DNA from: a virus
DNA length: 64,000 nucleotides
Virus record (IMG/VR): IMGVR_UViG_3300025276_000024
Span: 32,001-96,000 of that record
Strand: one strand, 5' to 3'
Shown: positions 52,340 to 64,000 of the stretch, one piece after another
Layout: every line of letters starts with the position of its first letter
Numbering within the stretch: the stretch's first letter is position 1
Translations under genes and position numbers: made by a program
The notes under the pieces: generated by a model
The model's database searches: none
Seen by the model: the letters and a program-made list of their open reading frames with translations, nothing else
Told to the model about the DNA's origin: nothing

Positions 52340-52486
52340 ATGGGAGATTGGCAATTAGAAATAGCTTTTCATTGGCCACATGACAGATTTGCCCTAGGGT
52401 GGGATATCATGAGACCAGATAGTGAATATGATTATTATACATTAAAATTATACTTATTCTTTGTAACATTTACATTGGATATTTAA
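52340..52486 (+). CDS. 48-aa aromatic-rich microprotein (not in ORF track)
   Basis: MGDWQLEIAFHWPHDRFALGWDIMRPDSEYDYYTLKLYLFFVTFTLDI; starts 1 nt after the previous stop. Confidence 0.6.
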   Translation: MGDWQLEIAFHWPHDRFALGWDIMRPDSEYDYYTLKLYLFFVTFTLDI

Positions 52487-52497
52487 AGCAAAAAGAA

Positions 52498-52743
52498 ATG
52501 GGTAAAAGTAGACCTAGCTTACCAAAGCAAAAGATTAGTAGACAGAAAAGCAAAATGCTTATGAGAACTGGTGGTGAACTGGAAGACATGATGCTTGGAT
52601 CTGTTATAGAAAAGATGCGTAAAGGTGGAAAAGCCAAAAGAGTGGTTAAAGACTCAGAAACAGGTGGTGAAAGCATGCAAGAATATAATCTTGGTGGTGG
52701 CACCCACAATACGTATAGTGGTAAAAGCAAAAGAAAAAAATGA
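52498..52743 (+). CDS. Small basic protein with repeated xxxGG motifs
   Basis: MRTGG, MRKGG, YNLGG; K/R-rich. Confidence 0.65.
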   Translation: MGKSRPSLPKQKISRQKSKMLMRTGGELEDMMLGSVIEKMRKGGKAKRVVKDSETGGESMQEYNLGGGTHNTYSGKSKRKK

Positions 52744-53930
52744 ATATTTTAACTGACATATTAAGTTTAATAAGACAAGGCAAGTATTCTAAAGTTGCTG
52801 AAAAAGATGATGTCTTAGTATTAGGTAAATGGAATGAGACACCTGATATGACTGGTGTAGCTTCTCCTATTCCTTATAAAGCAGTTAAGCTTATTAAGAT
52901 TAGTGACTTTAAAATAGAAGGTAAGGGATGTATTAATGCAAATACACCTTTAGCACCTAAAGGAGATACAGCAACAGTATATCAAAAAACTGTTAATGAT
53001 GAAGATACAGGAGAGTGTACAGTATTTTTCCGTACTCTTAAATCTATGAGTACTAATTTAACATTAGCATTATCAGCAGATGATGATTATGTTGAGATAG
53101 ATACATCAGGAGAACCAAATCTTGCAGCTAATGCAGGAACAGGAAAAGGTGTATGGAAAGACAAAGTTGGTGAGACACTCAATTTTAAATCACTAGTTGC
53201 AGGATCTAATATTACAATAGGAGAAAGTACTAATGAAATAACTATTTCTGGAACTGGTAGTAGTTATGTTTTACCAGCAGCAACAGCAACTACACTTGGT
53301 GGAGTTGAGTTGTTTTCAAACACAGTACAATTAGAAGCAGCAGAAGCAGTTTCAACAATTAAAGATAGAACATATGGGCTTCAATTTAATTCATCTGGTC
53401 AAGCAGTAGTAAATGTACCATGGATTACAAGTGGTGGAACCATGAGTCAGTTTTCTGTAAACTCTGATAGTGGAATAGGAGCAACAACAATAGTTAATAA
53501 TGATATTCTTTATTTAAAAGGTGGAACTGGAATTAATACAGTAGGATCTTCTCCTGATACTGTAACTTTTAATTTGGATTTGGGTTATACTAAATATGTA
53601 GCTCTTATAACTCAGCAGTTTGGTAATGCTCCTACACAAATAATATTAGAAAATAATACAGGAAGAATTTTACAATGGACACATACTAGTCCTGGACAAT
53701 ATAGAGCTGTATGGAAAGATGTAAACAACCCAGGTACTGATTTAGCTTTAGTTGATATAGATAAAGCAGCACTCAGTATAGCACAAACTTTTAAAAGTGG
53801 TGCCTGTGGAGCTAATATAGTTTCTAGTAGTGTTGCTAGTTTTAATGTTATGACATTTGAAATAAGTGGTGGTGGAGTTCTTGATACTCTACTTTTAAAT
53901 ACACTATTAGAAATAAAAATTTATTCATAA
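52740..53930 (+). CDS. Fibre-like virion structural protein
   Basis: LNFKSLVAGSNITI, YVLPAATATTLGGV and LKGGTGINT fibre-type repeats; C-terminal YVAL..LENNTG domain. Confidence 0.6.
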   Translation: MNILTDILSLIRQGKYSKVAEKDDVLVLGKWNETPDMTGVASPIPYKAVKLIKISDFKIEGKGCINANTPLAPKGDTATVYQKTVNDEDTGECTVFFRTLKSMSTNLTLALSADDDYVEIDTSGEPNLAANAGTGKGVWKDKVGETLNFKSLVAGSNITIGESTNEITISGTGSSYVLPAATATTLGGVELFSNTVQLEAAEAVSTIKDRTYGLQFNSSGQAVVNVPWITSGGTMSQFSVNSDSGIGATTIVNNDILYLKGGTGINTVGSSPDTVTFNLDLGYTKYVALITQQFGNAPTQIILENNTGRILQWTHTSPGQYRAVWKDVNNPGTDLALVDIDKAALSIAQTFKSGACGANIVSSSVASFNVMTFEISGGGVLDTLLLNTLLEIKIYS

Positions 53931-53934
53931 AACT

Positions 53935-54336
53935 ATGCCAAACTTTATAACAAAATTATTTTCAAGCGGAGCAACTAAATTAGTTGAAGGAATAGGTGGT
54001 GTCTTAGATGAACTCATTACTTCTAAAGATGAAAAGCTAGCAGCTGAATTAAAGATAAAAGAACTGATTGTAAAACATGAAGTTGAGATGGAAAAAGAAA
54101 TCTCTTCTAGGTGGTCCTCAGACATGACTAGTGATAGCTGGTTGAGTAAGAATGTAAGACCTATGGTTCTTATATTTTTAGTTGTATCAACAGTGCTTTT
54201 AGTATTTATAGATGCAGGTGTAATAGAATTTGAAGTAAAAGATACTTGGGTAGACTTATTACAATTAGTTTTAATAACAGTTATAGGTGCCTATTTTGGT
54301 GGACGTAGTATTGAAAAGGTAAAGAAAACAAAATAA
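53935..54336 (+). CDS. 3TM-type holin
   Basis: RW..DM.SDSWLSKNVRP, two hydrophobic helices, GAYFGGRSIEK. Confidence 0.75.
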   Translation: MPNFITKLFSSGATKLVEGIGGVLDELITSKDEKLAAELKIKELIVKHEVEMEKEISSRWSSDMTSDSWLSKNVRPMVLIFLVVSTVLLVFIDAGVIEFEVKDTWVDLLQLVLITVIGAYFGGRSIEKVKKTK

Positions 54337-54641
54337 TGGCAAAGAAAAATATATCACAAAATAGAGAGCGCATGTATTCATATGCTAAGGGTGGTGGGCT
54401 TAAAGGTTTCAAGAACGGTGGAGATGTTTTACAGCAAGCACAATTAGCCGGTGCTGTAAAAGCAATTGTAAAAGGTGTTAAAAAAAGTGCAAAGAAAGTT
54501 ATACCTAAAATAAAAAAGGTCATTACAGACTTAAAAGGAACAACATATGACGAAGATATGTTAAAAAACACAGGATATGCTAGACAAGTAGATCTTGATA
54601 AAGCAATTAAAAACAGAAAAATAGGAACAGGATCAAATTAA
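54336..54641 (+). CDS. Small basic protein with xxxGG motifs
   Basis: YAKGG, FKNGG; K-rich; start overlaps the holin stop. Confidence 0.6.
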   Translation: MAKKNISQNRERMYSYAKGGGLKGFKNGGDVLQQAQLAGAVKAIVKGVKKSAKKVIPKIKKVITDLKGTTYDEDMLKNTGYARQVDLDKAIKNRKIGTGSN

Positions 54642-54665
54642 TATAAATATTAAAAATTAGAAATT

Positions 54666-54893
54666 ATGGCAAAAGAATATAAAGGTAGTTACACACAAGG
54701 AGGACCAACAAGTAAAAAAATGAATTATGGTGGAGGTTTTACTGATGGTGCAGGAGATGGTGATATTACACCAAAAGATGCAATGATGCAAATGGCCAAA
54801 GGTGGTGGTTTAATGGGCTTCATGGAAGGCGGATCAGTATTAGATCCTATGATGAAAATGACTTATGGTGGTACTAAAAATAAAAATAAGTAA
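54666..54893 (+). CDS. Small Gly/Met-rich protein made almost entirely of xxxGG repeats
   Basis: YTQGG, MNYGG, MAKGG, FMEGG, MTYGG in 75 aa. Confidence 0.65.
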   Translation: MAKEYKGSYTQGGPTSKKMNYGGGFTDGAGDGDITPKDAMMQMAKGGGLMGFMEGGSVLDPMMKMTYGGTKNKNK

Positions 54894-54977
54894 ATGAAAA
54901 ATAGAATAACTTGTCAGTGTGGAAATACACAAGATCCAAATGGAAATTGTGATGGCTCACATTTACTCAAAAAATAA
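54894..54977 (+). CDS. 27-aa CDGSH iron-sulfur-motif microprotein (not in ORF track)
   Basis: MKNRITCQCGNTQDPNGNCDGSHLLKK; ATG directly follows the upstream TAA; C-x-C-x2-T...CDGSH. Confidence 0.75.
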   Translation: MKNRITCQCGNTQDPNGNCDGSHLLKK

Positions 54978-54982
54978 GAATC

Positions 54983-55216
54983 ATGGCAAAAAAAATATCA
55001 TTCCCTATGCAGGGAGAAAATTTTAAGAGAGCTACTACTAATGGTTACTTCAACCCTACTTCTATTCCACAAGCATTACAAAATGCTAAGAATAAGAAAG
55101 AAGTTGCAGCAAGACAAAAGTTAGCAAAAAAAACAAATTTAAATCCACCACAAAAGTCTACTAGAGCTGCTGAGCCAGTTCAATCTATGGCTTTTAAAAG
55201 TGGATATTGTAAATAG
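54983..55216 (+). CDS. Hypothetical basic protein
   Basis: Tightly packed 77-aa ORF in the operon. Confidence 0.6.
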   Translation: MAKKISFPMQGENFKRATTNGYFNPTSIPQALQNAKNKKEVAARQKLAKKTNLNPPQKSTRAAEPVQSMAFKSGYCK

Positions 55217-55230
55217 ATAAATAATAAAAC

Positions 55231-55575
55231 ATGGCAACATTAACAGCACAACAAATATCACAGTCAGGCTTAAAGCCTACTACAGTAACTCCAGCAGCCG
55301 CAGGAGATCAGCTAGCTAATACAGCTATACAGTTTTTTCATCTTGAAAATGATGGAGCTGTTTCTGTTACAGCAACCGTAGTACCAGTAGTAAAAACAGT
55401 AATAGATCCCCAGTTGGGAACTTTAGTAAAAGAGAATGCTGTTTTAATATTAGCTGCAGGTGAAGAGGGTTTTTTAGGACCTTTTGAGGTTGATGCTTTT
55501 AATGACACTTCAGGAAATATAAAAATAACATGTACTGTACAGACAAACGTTAAGTTGTCTGCTTTGTACCTATAA
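55231..55575 (+). CDS. Small beta-rich virion (decoration-like) protein
   Basis: MATLTAQ...GD..N...AGEEGFLGPF..FN pattern resembles small phage structural proteins. Confidence 0.45.
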   Translation: MATLTAQQISQSGLKPTTVTPAAAGDQLANTAIQFFHLENDGAVSVTATVVPVVKTVIDPQLGTLVKENAVLILAAGEEGFLGPFEVDAFNDTSGNIKITCTVQTNVKLSALYL

Positions 55576-55585
55576 AAAAAAGAAA

Positions 55586-57820
55586 ATGAGCATATTTATA
55601 CAAGAAGTATTAAACTTACTTCAAAGAAAGAAAGTTAAAACATCAATTAATCTAAAGACAGATTACTTTGAGTTTGGAAGAAAGCAGCAAAGCACACTTA
55701 ATACTGGTACTTCTTATGTTCCATCTATGGAACCATTTGCTATAAAAGCTCAGGATTTTGTATGTACAGTTACCAAAGGTCTTACAAAGACCATTGATGG
55801 ATCAGGTACAGTTGATGTCTTTCCTATATTTGCTACTACAGATGGTGTTTGTAGTTTAAAAGCATTGAAAGATAGTGTTATGACAATGAATGCTAACACA
55901 GTAACTGTTAATGCTAGTAATAAATTTTCAGCTAACTGGATTATACTTGGTGATATTTTAGAAGCAAGTGGTTCAACAGGAACAAGTGGCCAAGTATTAC
56001 AAGTATCTGCTGCCGGTAAACCAGAATGGGCTACAGCATCAGGTAGTGGTACTGTTAAAGGAACAGGTACTGCTAATAATATTGCAATGTGGATAGATGC
56101 TAACACAATAGGTGATGCAGCTAAAGTACCAATGATTGAATCAACAGCTGATAGTAAGAGCTTTTTAACTATTGGTGATGATCCAGAAACACAAACTACA
56201 ATAGTAAAATCTATTTTACAGCTTGCAGGTCCAGTTTTAGATAAGTCTGGTAATCTAGGTACAGTTGGTCAAGTTTTAAAAGCAGATGGTAGTAGTAATG
56301 TAGGCTGGGCAACTCCAAGTGCACTACAAACATATAAATTAACAGGAGATGTATCTGGTAGTACTAATTTTGCTGTTTCTTTAACTGAAAGTCCAAGTGG
56401 TGATATAGATAAAGTAGTTCTTATTGCTGGTTCTAATATTACACTTACTGACGATGGCTCTAATGGAGTAACTATTGCTTCTACTGCTGGTGGCGGTGGT
56501 GGTGGAACAGTAACAGATTTTTCTTCAACAGTAGCTGGAGATGCATTAGATGTAACTGTATCTACCTCAACAACTACACCTGCCGCAGCATTTACATGGG
56601 CAGGATCTGAAGGACAATATATAAATGGATTAGGAAATTTAATAACATTTCCTTCTATACCAGCTGTTAATTTTGTAAGTCTTACAACAAACAATACAAG
56701 TGGTGTAGCCACATTAGCAGCAGGTGTTTTAAATATACCTAATTATGCTAATACAGAATATACTTTAACAGTAAATGATGCAGCAGATGGTATTGCAACA
56801 CTTACTGGTACTGTTTTTAACATACCTACACCAACTATACCTTTCAAAACCTTAACAACAAACAATACATCAGGTGCAGCTACTTTAGCTGGTGGGGTTT
56901 TAAATATTCCAAACTATGCTGTAGGTGGAGGTGGAACTGTAACTTCAGTATCATCTACTTTTGCAGGAACAGCATTCACATCAGAGGTTACTAATGCTTC
57001 AACTACTCCCGCAATTGCAATCACTGCAAACGGAGCAAGTACTGATTATGTAAATGGAGAAGGTAACTTTATAGCTTTAAGTACATTACCTCAAGGTAGT
57101 GTAACAAGTGTTGGATTAGCAATGCCAGCAGCTTTTGCAGTTGCAGATTCACCAATAACTGGAAGCGGAACAATAACAGTATCAGGAGCAGGAGCAACAA
57201 CACAATATGTAGACGGAACTGGAGCATTACAAACATTCCCAGCAATTCCAGCAGCATTTACTGGTTGGAAACTTAATGGTGATACAGGCTCTGCACAAGA
57301 GATTTTATCTGGTGAAACTGCATCAATACTAGGGGGTGTTGGTATATCAACTACAGCAGCTCTTACAGATAAAGTAACAGTTGATTTAGATAATACAGCT
57401 GTAACGCCAGGTACTTATACTAATACGGAATTAACCGTAGATCAACAAGGTAGAATAACAGATGCAAAAAGTGGAGATGCTTCTATACCATATTTAACTT
57501 ATGTGGCTCTATGGAATGTTGTGAAAGGTGTTGGATTTACTATAAAGGTATTAGAAAACACTACCGGTTTAACTTTTGCATGGAGTGATAATAATTTAGG
57601 TACACTTAATATAACTCCAAGTGGAACACTAGAAGGTTATGAAGAAGTATGGGTATTAGTTAATGGTTCATGTGGAACTAGAGAACTTCCAGCACAAGTC
57701 TTCTTTAAAGAAATAGTTGGAGGTAAAGTAGCCTTGGAAGTTTTAGATAAAGATTTTAATTTACAAAATTATGGTGTTAATGATGGTAACGTTGAATTAA
57801 GATACTATAAAGCTAAATAA
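55586..57820 (+). CDS. Fibre-like protein with internal repeats
   Basis: GTVTSV-type repeats x3, LTTNNTSGxATLAxGVLNIPNYA x2, VTPGTYT..TVDQQGRIT fibre motif. Confidence 0.65.
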   Translation: MSIFIQEVLNLLQRKKVKTSINLKTDYFEFGRKQQSTLNTGTSYVPSMEPFAIKAQDFVCTVTKGLTKTIDGSGTVDVFPIFATTDGVCSLKALKDSVMTMNANTVTVNASNKFSANWIILGDILEASGSTGTSGQVLQVSAAGKPEWATASGSGTVKGTGTANNIAMWIDANTIGDAAKVPMIESTADSKSFLTIGDDPETQTTIVKSILQLAGPVLDKSGNLGTVGQVLKADGSSNVGWATPSALQTYKLTGDVSGSTNFAVSLTESPSGDIDKVVLIAGSNITLTDDGSNGVTIASTAGGGGGGTVTDFSSTVAGDALDVTVSTSTTTPAAAFTWAGSEGQYINGLGNLITFPSIPAVNFVSLTTNNTSGVATLAAGVLNIPNYANTEYTLTVNDAADGIATLTGTVFNIPTPTIPFKTLTTNNTSGAATLAGGVLNIPNYAVGGGGTVTSVSSTFAGTAFTSEVTNASTTPAIAITANGASTDYVNGEGNFIALSTLPQGSVTSVGLAMPAAFAVADSPITGSGTITVSGAGATTQYVDGTGALQTFPAIPAAFTGWKLNGDTGSAQEILSGETASILGGVGISTTAALTDKVTVDLDNTAVTPGTYTNTELTVDQQGRITDAKSGDASIPYLTYVALWNVVKGVGFTIKVLENTTGLTFAWSDNNLGTLNITPSGTLEGYEEVWVLVNGSCGTRELPAQVFFKEIVGGKVALEVLDKDFNLQNYGVNDGNVELRYYKAK

Positions 57821-57823
57821 ACT

Positions 57824-58216
57824 TTATATCTGATCATTGACATTACGATTTCTATTATACTGTTCAACTGCATAGTCTTTATAGTATTGTGAATCTTCAT
57901 TAAGAGGTTTGTTTTCTTCTAATTCCTTTTGTAGGCAGGCAAGTGCACGCCAAGCTACTTTAGCAGTATGACGAATTCCATCCTCATCAACGGTCCCGGC
58001 ATCAATAAGATGTCTAGTCAATGCATCAAAATCATCATTGGATTTATTACGATCCCAATGTAGTGGTTTATCAGGATGATGTTGTTTATTCCCTTGTAAC
58101 GAAACACGTGCTATTTCCATTATAGCATCTGGGAAGTATTTTAGTACACCAGAAAATACTGGGGTATCTTTTCTATCTTTAGCTTTATTCATAAATATCC
58201 ATTCTTTTTTTATCAT
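57824..58216 (-). CDS. dATP/dGTP diphosphohydrolase-like (DUF5664-type) protein
   Basis: FPDAIMEIARVS..G..H..W..DAL.RHL...H.AKVAWRALA pattern. Confidence 0.6.
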   Translation of the reverse strand: MIKKEWIFMNKAKDRKDTPVFSGVLKYFPDAIMEIARVSLQGNKQHHPDKPLHWDRNKSNDDFDALTRHLIDAGTVDEDGIRHTAKVAWRALACLQKELEENKPLNEDSQYYKDYAVEQYNRNRNVNDQI

Positions 58217-58302
58217 TTTAATTTTGCATTACAATTTAGACATTTTAATTTAGGTAAGAGGTTATGTACTCCACAAGCTTTACATTGTATGTGTTTTTCC
58301 AC
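58213..58302 (-). CDS. 29-aa Zn-finger microprotein (not in ORF track)
   Basis: GTG start; MEKHIQCKACGVHNLLPKLKCLNCNAKLK; CxxC-x3-N-x6-CxxC; stop overlaps the next ATG (ATGA). Confidence 0.6.
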   Translation of the reverse strand: MEKHIQCKACGVHNLLPKLKCLNCNAKLK

Positions 58303-58384
58303 TTTGAATCTTTTTTATAAGGTTTATTTATAAGGGGAGCCAGAACCCAAGAATACAAAAACTCAGGTCCCGGTTGGTTACTCC

Positions 58385-58459
58385 TTACTTATTTAAGTTG
58401 TTATGACTGCTTATATATAAGAAAAAGATAGCTAATAAGAATACTATAGCTATCTTCAC
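58385..58459 (-). CDS. 24-aa hydrophobic membrane peptide (not in ORF track)
   Basis: MKIAIVFLLAIFFLYISSHNNLNK; GTGA overlap with the upstream stop. Confidence 0.45.
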   Translation of the reverse strand: MKIAIVFLLAIFFLYISSHNNLNK

Positions 58460-59331
58460 CAATCACTATCTAAAAATACATTTTCAATTAATTGTGTATC
58501 TGTAATGTCTTCATCAACTTCCACAACTTCAACTTCTGTCTCACTAGAAACTTTAGTTTTTTCATTCATTACTTTACCGTGTACAGTTGTACTTAGGCAT
58601 TCAGCAACAATAAAATCATGAAAGTTTTGACTATCAGATAACCAGTATCTTGGATGGGCCTTCTTTAAAGCATGTGTAACATGATTATAAAATGTCCAAC
58701 AATTATCTGGATCAGTACCATAATGAAAAGATGGCTTTTCTAATTCAGCTTTAATAATAGATGTTTGTTGAGAATCAATAAGTTCTTCCTGGACAAACAT
58801 TCTACCTACTAGTTCTGCTTGTTCTCTTTGTGTAAGTTCAACACACTTCATAGCATCTCTATCTTTCAGTATACGTTTATAATACTTCTCAGCATTTTTA
58901 ACTTGATCTGAAATATTCATATGACAATCTAAATTAGCAGTGCCAGTATGCTTTCTTTTGAAATTCATCATGTCTCCGGCAATCATACCATTATAACATA
59001 CTCTAACATAGGCCCCAATTGCGCATTGGAATTTAGCTAGTTTATTATATGAATTGGTCCAGGCAAACATCATACCCATTTCTGTTTCATTAATGATATT
59101 TTCATCATCACTTCTACTTGGATAGATATGATATATACCCTGTGCAATCTGGGCATTCATGTTTGCTCTATATATTTCTCTTTGAACAGTAAATCCACTC
59201 TTCTTGAGTAGCTTTAAAGTATTGTCAATCACTTCTTTATGAGTAACAACTGTATATGTCTTACCGTGATTTGGTAAGGGTGCATTTTCTAAATAAGACC
59301 TGGTGGTCTCTGATGGTTTTTTATGTCCCAT
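58456..59331 (-). CDS. DUF932-like phage protein
   Basis: TYTVVTH, NSYN, G..VRVCYNG, RKHTG and YNHVT motifs. Confidence 0.65.
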   Translation of the reverse strand: MGHKKPSETTRSYLENAPLPNHGKTYTVVTHKEVIDNTLKLLKKSGFTVQREIYRANMNAQIAQGIYHIYPSRSDDENIINETEMGMMFAWTNSYNKLAKFQCAIGAYVRVCYNGMIAGDMMNFKRKHTGTANLDCHMNISDQVKNAEKYYKRILKDRDAMKCVELTQREQAELVGRMFVQEELIDSQQTSIIKAELEKPSFHYGTDPDNCWTFYNHVTHALKKAHPRYWLSDSQNFHDFIVAECLSTTVHGKVMNEKTKVSSETEVEVVEVDEDITDTQLIENVFLDSDW

Positions 59332-59350
59332 ATTATAAACTTTTAAGGTG

Positions 59351-59381
59351 TAAATATAATAAATTAATCTGACACAGCAAA
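59351..59381 (-). promoter_or_regulatory. Bacteroidota sigma70-type promoter
   Basis: - strand TTTG-N19-TATATTTA, one mismatch from the TTTG-N19-21-TAnnTTTG consensus, about 20 nt before the DUF932-like start. Confidence 0.6.
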
Positions 59382-59397
59382 TTTATTATAATAAAAA

Positions 59398-63025
<3,628 letters not shown>

Positions 63026-63049
63026 ATTTATCTTCTAATTTTTATAGCC

Positions 63050-63079
63050 AAAAAAAGCCCAAATTAATGAGCTTTTTTT
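63050..63079 (-). terminator. Rho-independent terminator (possibly bidirectional)
   Basis: - strand AAAAAAGCTCA-TTAATT-TGGGCTTTTTTT. Confidence 0.6.
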
Positions 63080-63102
63080 AAGTCAATAGAGTCAACCACG
63101 AA

Positions 63103-63525
63103 CTACTGACCTGGAACTATAAGGTTGGATACTTTTGTTTCTTTTACATCAACTGCAAGATAAGCATCATAATCAAAATCCTTAGCATTTACTGCAAATG
63201 TATGAATGAATGAATCTATATCACTTTTATCTGATAAATAGAATTCTGAAAATGTGTCTACTAATCTTCTTTCTTCTTTAACTGTTTTACCAGTCTGTTG
63301 ATTAGGTTGTTTTAATCTAATAGGTTCTCCGTCATCATTCAATCTAGGAACCATGTGGTAAGATTGTTTCATAACCTTACTAATTACAGCTAAGATGCCT
63401 GACGCAGGGTCAAACATAGCTTCAACATATGGTGAGTCAATGCTCACAGGAATTAACGTAAATGATTTAGCATTTCTAAATGTAGAATTTACTAACATCA
63501 TATTTTGTCCAATTGGTTTTTGCAT
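63103..63525 (-). CDS. Hypothetical protein
   Basis: 140-aa ORF, co-oriented with the replication block. Confidence 0.7.
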   Translation of the reverse strand: MQKPIGQNMMLVNSTFRNAKSFTLIPVSIDSPYVEAMFDPASGILAVISKVMKQSYHMVPRLNDDGEPIRLKQPNQQTGKTVKEERRLVDTFSEFYLSDKSDIDSFIHTFAVNAKDFDYDAYLAVDVKETKVSNLIVPGQ

Positions 63526-63533
63526 AATGTATT

Positions 63534-63998
63534 TTATTTTGTCAAATATATGGAACTATTTTTTAATAATTGAGTGATAACGTGATTATTATCAATCAAA
63601 GTTTCTTTGTCAAGATCAGGTGGTGTACATACTTCATATATATCAGCTATAAATTCTATATCTACACCTAGTTTTTCTGCATATTCTTCATGGACACCTT
63701 CAGGGGTCAAAAAGCCTTCTACATACTTACTAATTTTATCTTGTTTACCAAAGAAATCTATTATACTGATCTTACTATCTAAACTGAATTGAGAATATTT
63801 ACCATTGATAAACTTTTTCACATCAGATTTAAAAGAACTAAAATCATAAATAAATAACTGAGAGTTTTCACTTAACTGTATTGCATCTTCAAAGAAAGGA
63901 TTACTTAACAAATTATCCTTAGCAAATTTATCAAAGACTTTAGTCTTCTTGGTTTTATATTGACATAGAAACTTGTTGTCACTAGGTGAATAGACATT
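63534..63998 (-). CDS. Hypothetical protein, 5'-truncated by window edge
   Basis: Reading frame stays open from 63911 to the window end. Confidence 0.65.
   Translation of the reverse strand, partial: NVYSPSDNKFLCQYKTKKTKVFDKFAKDNLLSNPFFEDAIQLSENSQLFIYDFSSFKSDVKKFINGKYSQFSLDSKISIIDFFGKQDKISKYVEGFLTPEGVHEEYAEKLGVDIEFIADIYEVCTPPDLDKETLIDNNHVITQLLKNSSIYLTK
63543..63550 (-). promoter_or_regulatory. Bacteroidota -7 box TATATTTG
   Basis: Exact TAnnTTTG 17 nt upstream of the 140-aa start, within the end of the upstream gene; no -33 box seen. Confidence 0.4.
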
Positions 63999-64000
63999 AT

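Overview
AT-rich (~30-35% GC by eye), gene-dense segment of a large crAss-like (Crassvirales-type) tailed phage. The host is most likely a Flavobacteriia/Bacteroidota species, based on a flavobacterial-type GroEL, a class Id-type RNR and Bacteroidota-type promoter boxes. + strand 1-46.6 kb: Cys-rich/FN3/vWA structural proteins, a metallophosphoesterase, an IHF-like protein, two tail ring proteins, a 2062-aa tail muzzle with a vWA insertion, then putative ejected/cargo proteins. These include a 1759-aa SLT+LysM+L,D-transpeptidase protein, a 4639-aa zincin + virion RNA polymerase (DFDID) and a 1948-aa PD-(D/E)xK protein. 46.6-49.2 kb: a four-gene envelope cassette (beta-barrel, lipoprotein, TM protein, CxxC-less thioredoxin fold). 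49.1-51.8 kb (- strand): nrdBA. 52-57.8 kb (+): small basic proteins, a 3TM holin and fibre-like proteins. 57.8-64 kb (-): replication block (PolB, GroEL, DUF932-like, dATP/dGTP diphosphohydrolase-like). Main novel signals: (1) a recurring hydrophobic-x-x-G-G linker that bounds individual modules in three large proteins and saturates three tiny ones, suggesting a protease-processed polyprotein/cargo system; (2) several microproteins missed by the ORF track, including a 27-aa stand-alone CDGSH peptide; (3) a repeated candidate late-promoter motif. All calls are by eye from motifs; no database searches were run.
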